This document shows positions 32,430 to 42,180 of a stretch of 64,000 nucleotides of DNA, one piece after another; position 1 is the first letter of the stretch, and every line of letters starts with the position of its first letter. The translations under genes were made by a program, and so were the position numbers. The notes beneath the pieces were generated by a model, which had not been told where the DNA came from, ran no database searches, and worked only from the letters and a program-made list of their open reading frames with translations. The DNA comes from Candidatus Woesearchaeota archaeon (GTDB lineage Archaea > Nanobdellota > Nanobdellia > Pacearchaeales > GW2011-AR1): contig CAZETU010000002.1 in the NCBI GenBank assembly GCA_964514585.1, positions 129,486 through 193,485 on the forward strand, written 5' to 3'.

Positions 32430-34310
32430 TTATGATAGGCGGATTAGTTTTTTCCAGCCTTTTTCGTATTTAATCTCTTCAATTTTAATCAATCCTTTTT
32501 CTTCTAATTGTTTTTTTACGTTTGTTCCTTTTCTTGCAGAGAGTCCGATTTGTCGGTATACTTCCACTGTGCTCAAGGAGTGATTAGGTTTTTTTTGCAA
32601 GAATTCCATGAAGACTTGCTCGTCTGCATTCAGACTAATATTATTATGCGAATTTGACTTTTTAAGTGTTACTACTGGGGGGTTTCTAAAACTATCGATT
32701 GCGAGTTTTACATCTTCACTTTTGTAGTTTCCTTGTTCTTTACTTTCTTCTAAAATTCTTTCGATTTCTTGCAATTCTACTCCTGCTTCAATGTATCCTT
32801 TTACAAAATCGTGGAGAGTTTGTTGGACGTGATCTAAGGGAGTTTCTTTTGGTTTTTCTTGGATAGTTTCAACAGGTTTTGGTTTTTCAATTTGTTTATT
32901 GAATTCTGGGTCTACTTTGTTTGCGTATTCTCGGCTTGTCATCATTGCTTGCATTCGGAGTTTAATATCTTCGTCAGAAATATATATGTTTCTTGTTTCT
33001 GAATATGGGACTTCGATTAGGAATGGAGAGTTGTAACGTTCTGAGAGTTTTACGATTGCGCTTCCTACTTGGAGTTGTGAGAAGTAGTGTCGCTTTTCTC
33101 TTAGTTGCATGATGTCGCTTATGTCATTGATATCATCTGGTAATTGTTGTTGAAATGCGATGTGACATGCAGAGTTTCCTTTTACGGTGTCGGAAATTTT
33201 TGAGATATGTTGATCAAGACAGATTAGGCTTGTTCCGTATTCTCGCATTTCTCGGTAAATCATGTCGGTTACTGATTCGTTTGAAAAATTTGTTGGTTTT
33301 TTCAAGAAAATATTATGAGCTTCGTCAACTAAGATTGCGTGATCGAAACCGTGGCTTGCTTGATTTTGTCTTGCTTTTTTTAATTTGTATATGTATGTTA
33401 AAATAAATTCGCAGAAGAATTTTTTTTCTGTGTTTCCTAGGGCATTAAGTTCCATAACTACTTTTTTGTCTAGTAGTTCTTCGACGGTAAATGAGTTTTC
33501 TCCTTTGTAATTTACTGTTTTTCCGAATTCTCCGAATGTCATAACTGTTGCAATTCTTAGAGCTGATTCTAGCCAGCCAGCTTCTCGTCCTTGTCTGGCT
33601 TTATCCATTTTTTCTTCAAGCCGCCATTTGATGTGGTTCCATGTTGGGTAGTTTTCTGAGCCGTTATAGATGCCCCATTCTTTGAAGGATTCGTCTAGGG
33701 TTTCTAGGACGACTTTGTGGACACCGAATGATGCGGAGAAACTTTCTACTAATAGATCTGAAAGTACGTTGATCCATTCTTTTGGCGCGACGCCTTTTGG
33801 GGGTTGATTGATGTTTGTCTTGAATAAATTACTTACTTTTTCTTCGCCGATAGTGAATGCTAAAATATTGTTGTTCTTCGCTATTAGAGGTCTAAATGAT
33901 TTTTTCCAATCAAAGATTAGGAATGATTTGTTTTGGCTACTTAGAGCTTCGATTATTTTGAATGCGAATGTTGTTTTTCCTGATCCTGACATACCTGTGA
34001 CACAGACGTGCCGAGGCCAGTCTTGTTCTCTTAATTTGAATGGGAAAAGTTTTTTACCTGCGTAACTTATATCTGCTAAAGAATATTTTCCGTCGATTAG
34101 CTCTTCTCTTGGTGGTTCTAGTAAAACTTCGTTTCCTAATAGTTTGTTTAGATGTTTTTGGTAGAGTGCGTTAAGAATGTGAACTATTTCGTCTCTTTCT
34201 TCTCTTGAATCTGCTACGGTATACTGAAAATAAATCTCGTCTATTTTTTTCCCAAAGACAGGCCTAAGTTTGTTACATATTTCTTCTATTGTTAGTGGTC
34301 TTTGTATCAT
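32430..34310 (-). CDS. HerA/FtsK-like P-loop ATPase (DUF87-type) with a C-terminal winged-helix domain
   Basis: Walker A VTGMSGSGKTT and Walker B AILVDEAHN. C-terminal STVEVYRQIGLSARKGTNVKKQLEEKGLI resembles a wHTH. Confidence 0.7.
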   Translation of the reverse strand: MIQRPLTIEEICNKLRPVFGKKIDEIYFQYTVADSREERDEIVHILNALYQKHLNKLLGNEVLLEPPREELIDGKYSLADISYAGKKLFPFKLREQDWPRHVCVTGMSGSGKTTFAFKIIEALSSQNKSFLIFDWKKSFRPLIAKNNNILAFTIGEEKVSNLFKTNINQPPKGVAPKEWINVLSDLLVESFSASFGVHKVVLETLDESFKEWGIYNGSENYPTWNHIKWRLEEKMDKARQGREAGWLESALRIATVMTFGEFGKTVNYKGENSFTVEELLDKKVVMELNALGNTEKKFFCEFILTYIYKLKKARQNQASHGFDHAILVDEAHNIFLKKPTNFSNESVTDMIYREMREYGTSLICLDQHISKISDTVKGNSACHIAFQQQLPDDINDISDIMQLREKRHYFSQLQVGSAIVKLSERYNSPFLIEVPYSETRNIYISDEDIKLRMQAMMTSREYANKVDPEFNKQIEKPKPVETIQEKPKETPLDHVQQTLHDFVKGYIEAGVELQEIERILEESKEQGNYKSEDVKLAIDSFRNPPVVTLKKSNSHNNISLNADEQVFMEFLQKKPNHSLSTVEVYRQIGLSARKGTNVKKQLEEKGLIKIEEIKYEKGWKKLIRLS

Positions 34311-34326
34311 TTTGTTTAGATGTAAT

Positions 34327-34740
34327 TTAATCTGTTAGAATTTTTCCAAGCATATCTGCTCTGGACGTCTTTTCGCTTAGTTCTCTGGTTTGATCTCTTA
34401 GTTCTTTTTTCAAAAGTGCGATATCTCTCCAGCATCCTACTCTTTCGTTTAGTTGGAGTTCAGAAATATCTATTTGTTTTTTTCTTAATTCAGCTCTCTC
34501 TCTTGTAAATTCAGAATCATCTTCTCCTTTTGGTGCGTTTTCTAAAAGAAAATTGTGGATTTTTGTTTTCATTTTTTCACCTTCTTTTATGAAGTTTCCA
34601 CTGAGGTTGTTTCTTTCTTTTATTAGCATCCCAATTTCTTCTACGGTCTCTTTTATAGAGTCTACCTTTGCTTTTCCGACAGAATCGAAATTATTTGACG
34701 TATTCCAGGTATTCCCTTCAGGTATTTCGTTATCTTCCAT
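34327..34740 (-). CDS. coiled-coil protein (137 aa)
   Basis: ORF track. Heptad-rich and E/K/L-rich. Lies 16 nt upstream of the ATPase gene on the same strand. Confidence 0.5.
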   Translation of the reverse strand: MEDNEIPEGNTWNTSNNFDSVGKAKVDSIKETVEEIGMLIKERNNLSGNFIKEGEKMKTKIHNFLLENAPKGEDDSEFTRERAELRKKQIDISELQLNERVGCWRDIALLKKELRDQTRELSEKTSRADMLGKILTD

Positions 34741-34804
34741 GTTTATTTTAGTGGAATATCCTTTATAAACTTTTCTATTGTTGTTACTAAGTAGTTAGGA
34801 CACT

Positions 34805-35884
34805 TTATTGGAATACAATTATGTCTCGAGAAATGAATTGGTCTGGACGGGACTCTAGAATAGAATTTTGGGTGATTTTAAGATTTGTTTTGCTTGCTAT
34901 TTTTGCTGCGTCAACGTGAAGGTTTTGGATTACTGGGAATGTGATTGCTATTTTTGCTGTTGGTTTTTTTACTTTTTTGAGTCTTATTAAAATTGGGATA
35001 ATGAATGCTTCGAAATTTAAGATTATTTGTTTTGCTTCATTTTCGCTTGGTTTTTTTCTGAGGACTTTTCCTAGCGGGGTTTCCGTTGCTATTGCGGCGA
35101 ATTGTAGGTCTGGAGCTTTTCTTGAGTCATAATTTTCTATTTTGTATTTATTTTTAATACCATAGTTGTCTTTGAGCCATTTTAGGTTTTTTTCTGCGTC
35201 GATTGTTGCTTCTTTGTCTTTATCTATCCCGTGAGCGTTGATTTGTTTTAGGAGGGTTTCTTGAATGATTCCGCCTACGCCGCAGAAAGGGTCTAGTAGT
35301 AGATCGCGTGGTTTTGCTCCTGAGAGGTTGATTAGTATTTTTGAGAGTCTTGGGGATATTGCGAGATGTTCTCTTCTGGAGGGTTTTTGCATGTCTCGTT
35401 TTTTTACTTCTTCGTTGTTGTAATTTTGGGTTGCTGTGCCGAAGTATATTTTTTGTTTGAATTGGTGGAAGAATAGATTGAATTCTGCTTTTGGGAGTTC
35501 TTGTTTTGCGCCGTCTTGGAATTTGATTTGTTTTCGGCCGTGTTTGAGCATTCCTTTCTTTTTTTCGGATTTGAATTTATCTTTGAGGACTTGCGGGTCG
35601 AGGTTGCCGAATGTTGCGTATGAGAATTTGTCTGCTGGGATAATTTCGTTGGTGTTGAGGTATACTTCGAGTTCTTTTTGGTTTCCTTCGAATGTTATTG
35701 GACCCAATCTCATTGTTCCGCCAAGTTCTTGAATGTCGATTTTTTCTCCTTTGTTGGTTTCTAGGATTAGAAGGTTTTCGTCGAATGCGATTTCTTTGTG
35801 GGGTCGGTTTCGGGCTACTAAGTAGGATAAGATTTCTGCTCGGGAAAGTTCTGGGTTTCTGCCTAGTACGAAAAATATTTTCAT
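34805..35884 (-). CDS. THUMP-domain N2-guanine tRNA methyltransferase (Trm11/Trm14-like)
   Basis: N-terminal THUMP-like region and SAM motif I LLDPFCGVGGI. Confidence 0.75.
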   Translation of the reverse strand: MKIFFVLGRNPELSRAEILSYLVARNRPHKEIAFDENLLILETNKGEKIDIQELGGTMRLGPITFEGNQKELEVYLNTNEIIPADKFSYATFGNLDPQVLKDKFKSEKKKGMLKHGRKQIKFQDGAKQELPKAEFNLFFHQFKQKIYFGTATQNYNNEEVKKRDMQKPSRREHLAISPRLSKILINLSGAKPRDLLLDPFCGVGGIIQETLLKQINAHGIDKDKEATIDAEKNLKWLKDNYGIKNKYKIENYDSRKAPDLQFAAIATETPLGKVLRKKPSENEAKQIILNFEAFIIPILIRLKKVKKPTAKIAITFPVIQNLHVDAAKIASKTNLKITQNSILESRPDQFISRDIIVFQ

Positions 35885-35922
35885 AATGTTTAGAATTGGG
35901 AGAGGTTGTTAAATGTTTTGGG

Positions 35923-36213
35923 TTAGGATATTCTTTCGAGGCTTACTCCTCTTTGTTCTATTTTTTTTCTTGCTCTTTCTATACTGTATCTTTTTGAAGC
36001 GATAAAATAAAGAGTTCTTTTTGTTGTATGGCTGAAAGCTTCACCAGGTTGGTGTGTATGATCATGCCCTCTTTTTTCATGCATTAAAACTACAACGCCT
36101 TTATATGGGGTGTATAAAACAGAACCGTTAACTCTTCCTTGTCTTCCTGGTATGTGTATTTCTGGCAATTTACCATCGCCGCTCCCCCTTTGTTTATATT
36201 TTAATGCAAGCAT
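35923..36213 (-). CDS. hypothetical protein (96 aa)
   Basis: ORF track only. Confidence 0.4.
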   Translation of the reverse strand: MLALKYKQRGSGDGKLPEIHIPGRQGRVNGSVLYTPYKGVVVLMHEKRGHDHTHQPGEAFSHTTKRTLYFIASKRYSIERARKKIEQRGVSLERIS

Positions 36214-36256
36214 GGCTTGCTAAAATTTTTTGCCCTTTATAAGAATTTACGTTCCC

Positions 36257-36787
36257 CTACTTGAATGTTTGAGTTGAAACTTTGCAAGGGAGTCGTGCTT
36301 TTGCCGATCGGATTAATTTTCTTGCTTCAATTTCGTGTTTTGGAGTTTTGACTCCCAAGATAAAAAGAGTTTGATTTGGTTTTACTAAGGCTGCTCGTCC
36401 GACTGTTTTTCCGAAAGATCGGCTCATACCTGTTTGCATACGGTCGGCTCCTGCGCCAGTAAGCATTTTGTTTTCTCTCAAGATGTGATGTGGGTAAATT
36501 TTTACTTCAAGGTAGAATTCTTTTCCGACTTTTGTTTGAAGGAATCTATTGAAAAACTGTCTGACAGCTTCGATTGAGTTGTCTCGGACTTGACATTTTT
36601 CTTTTGAGATTACGTGGATTGAAATTGGGTATTCTTTTTTGTCGTAGCCCTTGATATCACCCATTTTGAATTTTACGATTCGTGAATTTGGGACTGTTTT
36701 GATGTAGGATTTTGTTCGTTTTTTGGACTTACGAGTGTATGGTCTTGCGTATCTTTTTGAGTAAGCTGATCCTTTTCTTAGTGCCAT
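36257..36787 (-). CDS. rpl10e: 50S ribosomal protein L10e (uL16)
   Basis: MALRKGSAYSKRYARPYTRKSK... and the MLTGAGADRMQTGM loop are characteristic. Confidence 0.9.
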   Translation of the reverse strand: MALRKGSAYSKRYARPYTRKSKKRTKSYIKTVPNSRIVKFKMGDIKGYDKKEYPISIHVISKEKCQVRDNSIEAVRQFFNRFLQTKVGKEFYLEVKIYPHHILRENKMLTGAGADRMQTGMSRSFGKTVGRAALVKPNQTLFILGVKTPKHEIEARKLIRSAKARLPCKVSTQTFK

Positions 36788-36788
36788 T

Positions 36789-37052
36789 TTAGTTTATTTC
36801 TACGTCGGTGCCGATTGCTTGTCCTGGCAATCCTTTTTCGAAGATTGCTCGAACGACGCCCTTGTTCCCGTGAGCCGAAGACACCTTGCCATTTATTTTT
36901 TTAGCATCTTTTCCGTTTGAAGTCCAGACTACATTTTTTCCTACGAATTTGGAAGCATCTTCTCGAGAGTTACTTTCTTCGATTTCTATTAGGAAGTGTC
37001 TAGGGGTGTAGTTTTTTCTTCCTCGTCTGAATTGTATAACTTTTGCTTTCAT
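36789..37052 (-). CDS. rpl35ae: 50S ribosomal protein L35Ae (eL33)
   Basis: 87 aa. RRGRKNYTPRHFLIEIE ... GKVSSAHGNKGVVRAIFEKGLPG pattern. Confidence 0.8.
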   Translation of the reverse strand: MKAKVIQFRRGRKNYTPRHFLIEIEESNSREDASKFVGKNVVWTSNGKDAKKINGKVSSAHGNKGVVRAIFEKGLPGQAIGTDVEIN

Positions 37053-37163
37053 TGTATTGTAAACTCAAAAAATCGACTCTCTTCAGGGTATGGTCTTCCA
37101 TAAAGATGGTTTTTAAGAGTAGTAATATTGTGGGAAATGGGTTTTTAAAGATTTGCGTTGGTT

Positions 37164-39023
37164 TTATTTGATTAATTCAAAATCACCGAAGATTTTTTTG
37201 AGAGTTTCTAGGGCCTTGAAGTCCATTTTTGTTTCTTTGTTTTTGTGAGCGACTAGCTGTTCTTGGAGTTCTTTTGGGTTTGAGGTGATTAATTTTTCTC
37301 CTGAGATTTTCTGAATTTTTGTTTCTTGAATTACAAAAGTGTTTGCTAGGAAGAATATTTCGGCGTTTGAATCTCGGCCTTTGATCGTGAACCGTGCTTT
37401 GTCGATTGAAACTAATTCGCATCTCTGGCCGTATTCTGTTATGGCTGTTGTGATTTCTGCTGCGAGTTTTCTTGCGTTGTCGACGTCTCTAGTTTGTTTT
37501 TGGCTTAGTTTGTCCTTTTTCTTTCCCTTAGCTTGCTTGACTTTTGTAATTTCTTTTTTTGTTTTTGTAATTTCTTTTAGACTAGCTAGGAATCTTGGTG
37601 GGAATATTCCTTCTTTGATGAATTCTTTGTCGAATGCTTTTATAATTGAAGTCTCTGATTTTTTCTTGAGTAAATTTCCTAGCATTTCGAACACATCTTT
37701 ATGTGTTGCTTCGATTGACTTTTCTTGGACTCGTGCTTCGATTTGAACTCTTAATTCATTGATTCTTTTCATGAAGTCAATTGCGTTATTTGAAAGCCTA
37801 TCTAGTTCTTTTCCGTCTATGTCGCCTGGTTTTAGTTTTCCATGTTCGTATTTTTTCCAGACTCCAATTATAATTTCTTCTAGAATGTCTGCGTATTTTT
37901 CTTCAACTATTTTTTCTTTTTCAACGAATATTTCTCTGAATAGTTTTACTGTTTCGTAAACGTTTGGAGGGGATTGTCCGTAAAGCATTAGAAGTCCTTG
38001 AGTTGGTGTTGAAATTCCCCAGAAAAGATCTAGTGTTGCGATGTCGAATATCCTTTTTTGAATGGTTTCTTTTAATTTGTTTCCTGAGGACATAAACATG
38101 TCAATTGCTTCTGGTGAGGGTTTGATTTTTCCCATTCGTAGGAGGGATTTCCATGGCAGAAAGGTTCCTCTGTCGTATAACGGGATTCCGTCTCGGATGA
38201 ATGTGAAGAAAACGGGGTGGGCGTCTTTTACTCCGTCCCAGAATTCTGTCATTAGCCAGATTTGAACGTTAAGTGTGTTTTTGTTTACACCGGCGATTGC
38301 TTCGGCTTCTTGAATATATGAATAGATTATTCCTCTTAGTTTTTCTCTAAGTTCGGCTCTTGGCATTCTTTTTACGTCGGTGTCGTCGATTATTATTGCT
38401 ACGTCTACATCAGAATCTTTTTTTGTTGTGCCCGTTGTCAGAGAGCCGCCCATTACATATGATGTTACGTATTTTTCGAATTTTTTTAAAACAAGGGATT
38501 TGTGAATTTGGGCAACTCGGACGTGACTTAAGATTCCTTTGTCTAGAATTGGGAAAGACATTGATAATGCTTCCATTATTTCAAATTTTGAGTCTAGACC
38601 GAGGTTCCAGATGTCGACTGGTGTCATGACGTGAACCCAAAATTTGTCGTTGATTTTTTTAGCTTCTGTTATCGCGCTTAACCTGATTTGTCCGATATTT
38701 TTGAATTGAGCTTCTGGGATAATTGCTAAGATGTGGATTAATCCTTTTTTCGCATCCTCCTCGGTGATTTCATATTCTTCTTCTATTTTTTTAGAAGCTT
38801 GTGCGGGGATTATTCCGATTGCTTCGATGAATTTATGTTTTTTTATGATTTCGTCTTTGAATTTTTCAATTTCTTTTTGGGTTTTGTCTGCTTTTTTCTT
38901 TAATGCTTCGTCTATTTGATTTGACATTGGTAGGTTGCCTAGTTTTGATTTTGGGACGTATGTTGGGGCCAAGTTTTGTTCGACCGATTTTTCTTGAGAA
39001 GCTGTTTTGTGGTTGCTTTCCAT
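37164..39023 (-). CDS. large nucleotidyltransferase-domain protein (619 aa)
   Basis: GGSLTTGTTKKDSDVDVAIIIDD. The region after it is colinear with 19092..19958 (W..D..PV...IRDG.PLYD.G.F.P...LL..GKI.PSPE.I). Confidence 0.65.
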   Translation of the reverse strand: MESNHKTASQEKSVEQNLAPTYVPKSKLGNLPMSNQIDEALKKKADKTQKEIEKFKDEIIKKHKFIEAIGIIPAQASKKIEEEYEITEEDAKKGLIHILAIIPEAQFKNIGQIRLSAITEAKKINDKFWVHVMTPVDIWNLGLDSKFEIMEALSMSFPILDKGILSHVRVAQIHKSLVLKKFEKYVTSYVMGGSLTTGTTKKDSDVDVAIIIDDTDVKRMPRAELREKLRGIIYSYIQEAEAIAGVNKNTLNVQIWLMTEFWDGVKDAHPVFFTFIRDGIPLYDRGTFLPWKSLLRMGKIKPSPEAIDMFMSSGNKLKETIQKRIFDIATLDLFWGISTPTQGLLMLYGQSPPNVYETVKLFREIFVEKEKIVEEKYADILEEIIIGVWKKYEHGKLKPGDIDGKELDRLSNNAIDFMKRINELRVQIEARVQEKSIEATHKDVFEMLGNLLKKKSETSIIKAFDKEFIKEGIFPPRFLASLKEITKTKKEITKVKQAKGKKKDKLSQKQTRDVDNARKLAAEITTAITEYGQRCELVSIDKARFTIKGRDSNAEIFFLANTFVIQETKIQKISGEKLITSNPKELQEQLVAHKNKETKMDFKALETLKKIFGDFELIK

Positions 39024-39192
39024 AATTGGGTTTCGTGATTTTGATATATAAATGTTGTTACTTTTGTCAGATTATAATTTGGGTTGGATTAGTAAGTTTT
39101 AAAAGTCGAGAGTTTCTTTGTTTTTTGTTCGGCTTCGTAGGCTAGAGTAACATTAGAAATGTTTCACGAATCCCACGTTGTCTTATAAATTC

Positions 39193-39263
39193 GGCCCCGT
39201 AGGCTAATGGTAGACCTTCTCGTTTACACCGAGATGGCCCAAGTTCGATTCTTGGCGGGGCCA
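39193..39263 (+). tRNA. tRNA-Val (anticodon TAC)
   Basis: GGCCCCG TA GGCT AATGGTA GACC T TCTCG [TTTACAC] CGAGA TGGC CCAAG TTCGATT CTTGG CGGGGCC A. The D stem has one mismatch. Confidence 0.8.
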
Positions 39264-39446
39264 TTAAGAATCTTCTTGTTCCAAGTTGCCAGGGCATAAC
39301 CCTTGTTTCATTCGGCCACGATTCTTGGCGGGCTATTTTTTAAATATTGTTTTTGCTTTTTGTTTTGAAATTTGGATAAAGTTTGTGTAAAATTATCCCG
39401 TTTTTGTCTTAATTTGTTAAATTTTCCCTAAATTTAAATAGTGTAA

Positions 39447-39758
39447 ATGTTGTTAATATTAATGGGTGTTATATTGGGGACTAGGACATCGGGAGAAGGG
39501 AAAATTGTTTTTGAGGTTGAATTGGATTATGAGGAGTCTTTGAAATTGAAGGGGTGTGTTAGAAATGTTCATATTTTTTCTGAGGATGCACTTGATATTG
39601 AGACTCATTTGTCTCAAAGGGGGACTAATGAGGCGACAAAGTATTTTCTTATTCCTAGGAGTTTGAGGGATAGTTTGGATTTTAGTAAGAACGTGAAGTG
39701 TCAGGAAATTGATACGGATAAAAAGAAGATATTTGTTTTTGCTGTTGATAAGGTTTAG
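39447..39758 (+). CDS. hypothetical protein (103 aa)
   Basis: ORF track only. Confidence 0.4.
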   Translation: MLLILMGVILGTRTSGEGKIVFEVELDYEESLKLKGCVRNVHIFSEDALDIETHLSQRGTNEATKYFLIPRSLRDSLDFSKNVKCQEIDTDKKKIFVFAVDKV

Positions 39759-39800
39759 TGGATAGGAAATTTTTATAAAGTGTAATTTATTTATGGTGTA

Positions 39801-40643
39801 ATGAAAAAGGTGTTTGTGTGTTTGATTTTCTTGATGTTGGTTGGTGGTGTCTTGGCTATGGAAGATTCTATTCGGGTTAAGACCGAGGCTGGGAATTCTG
39901 TGAAGCTTTATGCATGGACTGCTGGGAGTGGTCCGCTTTTGACTTCTGATAATGGTGTTGCTGATGAAAATGGAATTGTTGAAAAAACGTTTTTTACTTT
40001 GACCGTTCCGACTGCTAAGTTTCAGGTGATTGTTCTTAGCTCTTCGGGCAATAAAATTGCTGAGGGTAAGTTTGATAATTGGGCTACTTCTGATCCTATA
40101 GAGATTGATTGTACTTCTGGATATGATTGTACTATTTCTGTTTATACCGAGGAGGCTGCTGTGGCTAATGATTCTGTGATTGCAGATGAGAATGATAGTG
40201 CTGAAGAGAATTTGGAGGTTTTGGATTCTGTAAATTCAACATCTTCGAGTTTTGTTGAATTGTCTAAGGTTGGTGAATTTTTTAGTAAGAGAGTTTATTT
40301 TTATTGGGGCGTTGGTGTTTTGATTTTTTTGGTGATTGTGTTTTTGTTTTGGAAGAAAGGGTTTAGGGTTTCTGTGAATTCTGAGGAAAAAGAGTTGGAG
40401 GCGCTTGAACGGAAAATAAAGGAGCGGAAGGCTGAGATTGAGAGGGTTAGGAGTGCTAAGGATCGTAAGAAAAAGATTAGCGAGGCTAAGAGTAAATTGG
40501 CATCTGAAGAAAAGGAATTGGCTGGGTTGAAGAAAGATAGAGTTAGTGAGGCTAAGAGTAAGTTAGCTTCTGAGGAGAAGGAGTTGAAAGAGTTAGAGGG
40601 GAAGAAAGAGAATGAGGAAGAGGACGAGCATAAGGAAGAGTAG
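39801..40643 (+). CDS. secreted/membrane protein with a C-terminal coiled coil (280 aa)
   Basis: Signal peptide, a central TM (VYFYWGVGVLIFLVIVFLFW) and a duplicated SEAKSKLASEEKEL segment. Confidence 0.55.
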   Translation: MKKVFVCLIFLMLVGGVLAMEDSIRVKTEAGNSVKLYAWTAGSGPLLTSDNGVADENGIVEKTFFTLTVPTAKFQVIVLSSSGNKIAEGKFDNWATSDPIEIDCTSGYDCTISVYTEEAAVANDSVIADENDSAEENLEVLDSVNSTSSSFVELSKVGEFFSKRVYFYWGVGVLIFLVIVFLFWKKGFRVSVNSEEKELEALERKIKERKAEIERVRSAKDRKKKISEAKSKLASEEKELAGLKKDRVSEAKSKLASEEKELKELEGKKENEEEDEHKEE

Positions 40644-40779
40644 GGAAAGGCTTATATAGTGACTTTTTGATTTGATTGTGTAATAGTTTAGAGTTAAGCT
40701 CTGGTAGAGTCCTTGGACGGTTGTCGTGGGGACTTAATCGTTCAAGATATTTCTTGACAAATTATAGAGAATAGATAAA

Positions 40780-42180
40780 ATGGAAAAGTTCGAAAAGTTA
40801 GGACTTTGCGAGCATGTGTTGAAAGTGATTTCGGCCAAGAAGTTCGAGAAGCCTAGTGAAATACAGGAGAAGACGATCCCTTTGATTATGGAAGGGAAAG
40901 ATGTTATTGCTGGCTCTGCTACGGGGTCTGGGAAGACGTTGGCGTTTGGGTCTGGGATGATTAAGAATATTGAGAAGACTGGGAAAATTAGGGGTCTTGT
41001 TTTGACACCGACTCGAGAATTAGCTGAGCAAGTGAGTGGAGCCCTGCATGAGTTTTCTTATCATAAGGATTTGGAAATTGTTTCGGTATACGGTGGGGTT
41101 TCGATGAGTAATCAGGTTAAGAAATTGGCTTATGCTGATATTGTTGTTGCGACGCCTGGTCGACTTTTGGATCATTTGAATCATAATTCTATTGATTTGT
41201 CTGGTGTGAATTTTTTGGTTTTGGATGAGGCTGACAGAATGTGGGATATGGGTTTTAAGGATGATGTCGCTAAGATTGTTCGGAAATGTCCTACGAATAG
41301 ACAGACGCTTTTGTTTTCGGCGACGATTTCTGGGGATTTGGCGGATTTTGCTGAGAAATATATGAAGGCTCCGGTTGAGATTTCGGTTGAGAATTATGTT
41401 GATGCTAGTTTGTTGAAGCAGATTTATTATGATGTTCGGGATGATGAGAAGTTTTCGTTGTTGGTTCATTTGTTGAAGCATGAGGATTCTCATTTGGTTA
41501 TGATTTTTTGTAATACACGGAGGAATGTTGATTTTGTTGCTAAGAATTTGAATGAGAATGGCGTTGCTGCTCAGGCGATTCATGGTGGGATGGAGCAGAA
41601 TAAGCGGCAGAGAGTTTTGAAGGGTTTTGATAATTCGAAGGTGAATGTTTTGGTTTGTACTGATGTTGCGGCTCGGGGTCTTGATATTCAGGGGGTTAGC
41701 CATGTTTATAATTATGATATTGCGGCGGATGCGAAGGATTATATTCATCGGATTGGTCGGACTGCTCGGGCTGGTGCTGAGGGTATTGCGATTAATATTT
41801 TGGCTAGTCGGGATTATGATAATTTTGCTAATATGCAAAGGCGTAATCAGGGGCTTGTTGTTGATAGGGTTATGACGCCGAAGTTTGAGAAGGTATACGT
41901 GAAGTTTGATGAGCGGAAAGGTCGAGGTTTGCATGGGCGAGCTGCTCGTGATTCTGGTAGAGGCAGGAGTGGTTCTGGGCCGCGTAGAGATTCTAAGGGA
42001 CCAAGTCGTGGACCTTCGAGTGGACCGAGGAGAAGTAGTTCTGGACCTGCGAGAAGTAGACCTGATGGGCGAGGTAGACAGGATAGAGGTGAGAGGAATA
42101 AGCGAAGTAGTTCAAGTTCTAAGGATGGGTTTAGAGGTGGTGGAAGAGACACTCGAAGGAGAGTTGAACGCCATGGATAG
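40780..42180 (+). CDS. DEAD-box RNA helicase with an Arg/Ser/Gly-rich tail
   Basis: Motifs AGSATGSGKT, PTRELA, VLDEADRM (DEAD), SAT and HRIGRTARAG. The last ~90 aa are RG/RS-rich. Confidence 0.9.
   Translation: MEKFEKLGLCEHVLKVISAKKFEKPSEIQEKTIPLIMEGKDVIAGSATGSGKTLAFGSGMIKNIEKTGKIRGLVLTPTRELAEQVSGALHEFSYHKDLEIVSVYGGVSMSNQVKKLAYADIVVATPGRLLDHLNHNSIDLSGVNFLVLDEADRMWDMGFKDDVAKIVRKCPTNRQTLLFSATISGDLADFAEKYMKAPVEISVENYVDASLLKQIYYDVRDDEKFSLLVHLLKHEDSHLVMIFCNTRRNVDFVAKNLNENGVAAQAIHGGMEQNKRQRVLKGFDNSKVNVLVCTDVAARGLDIQGVSHVYNYDIAADAKDYIHRIGRTARAGAEGIAINILASRDYDNFANMQRRNQGLVVDRVMTPKFEKVYVKFDERKGRGLHGRAARDSGRGRSGSGPRRDSKGPSRGPSSGPRRSSSGPARSRPDGRGRQDRGERNKRSSSSSKDGFRGGGRDTRRRVERHG

Noticed and set aside
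39129-39340. A split or T-loop-intron tRNA assembled from the fragments flanking tRNA-Val.
   Set aside because: The candidate 5' acceptor (GGCTTCG) does not pair with the candidate 3' acceptor (CGGGCTA). No anticodon arm could be built between them. Reported as fragments only.
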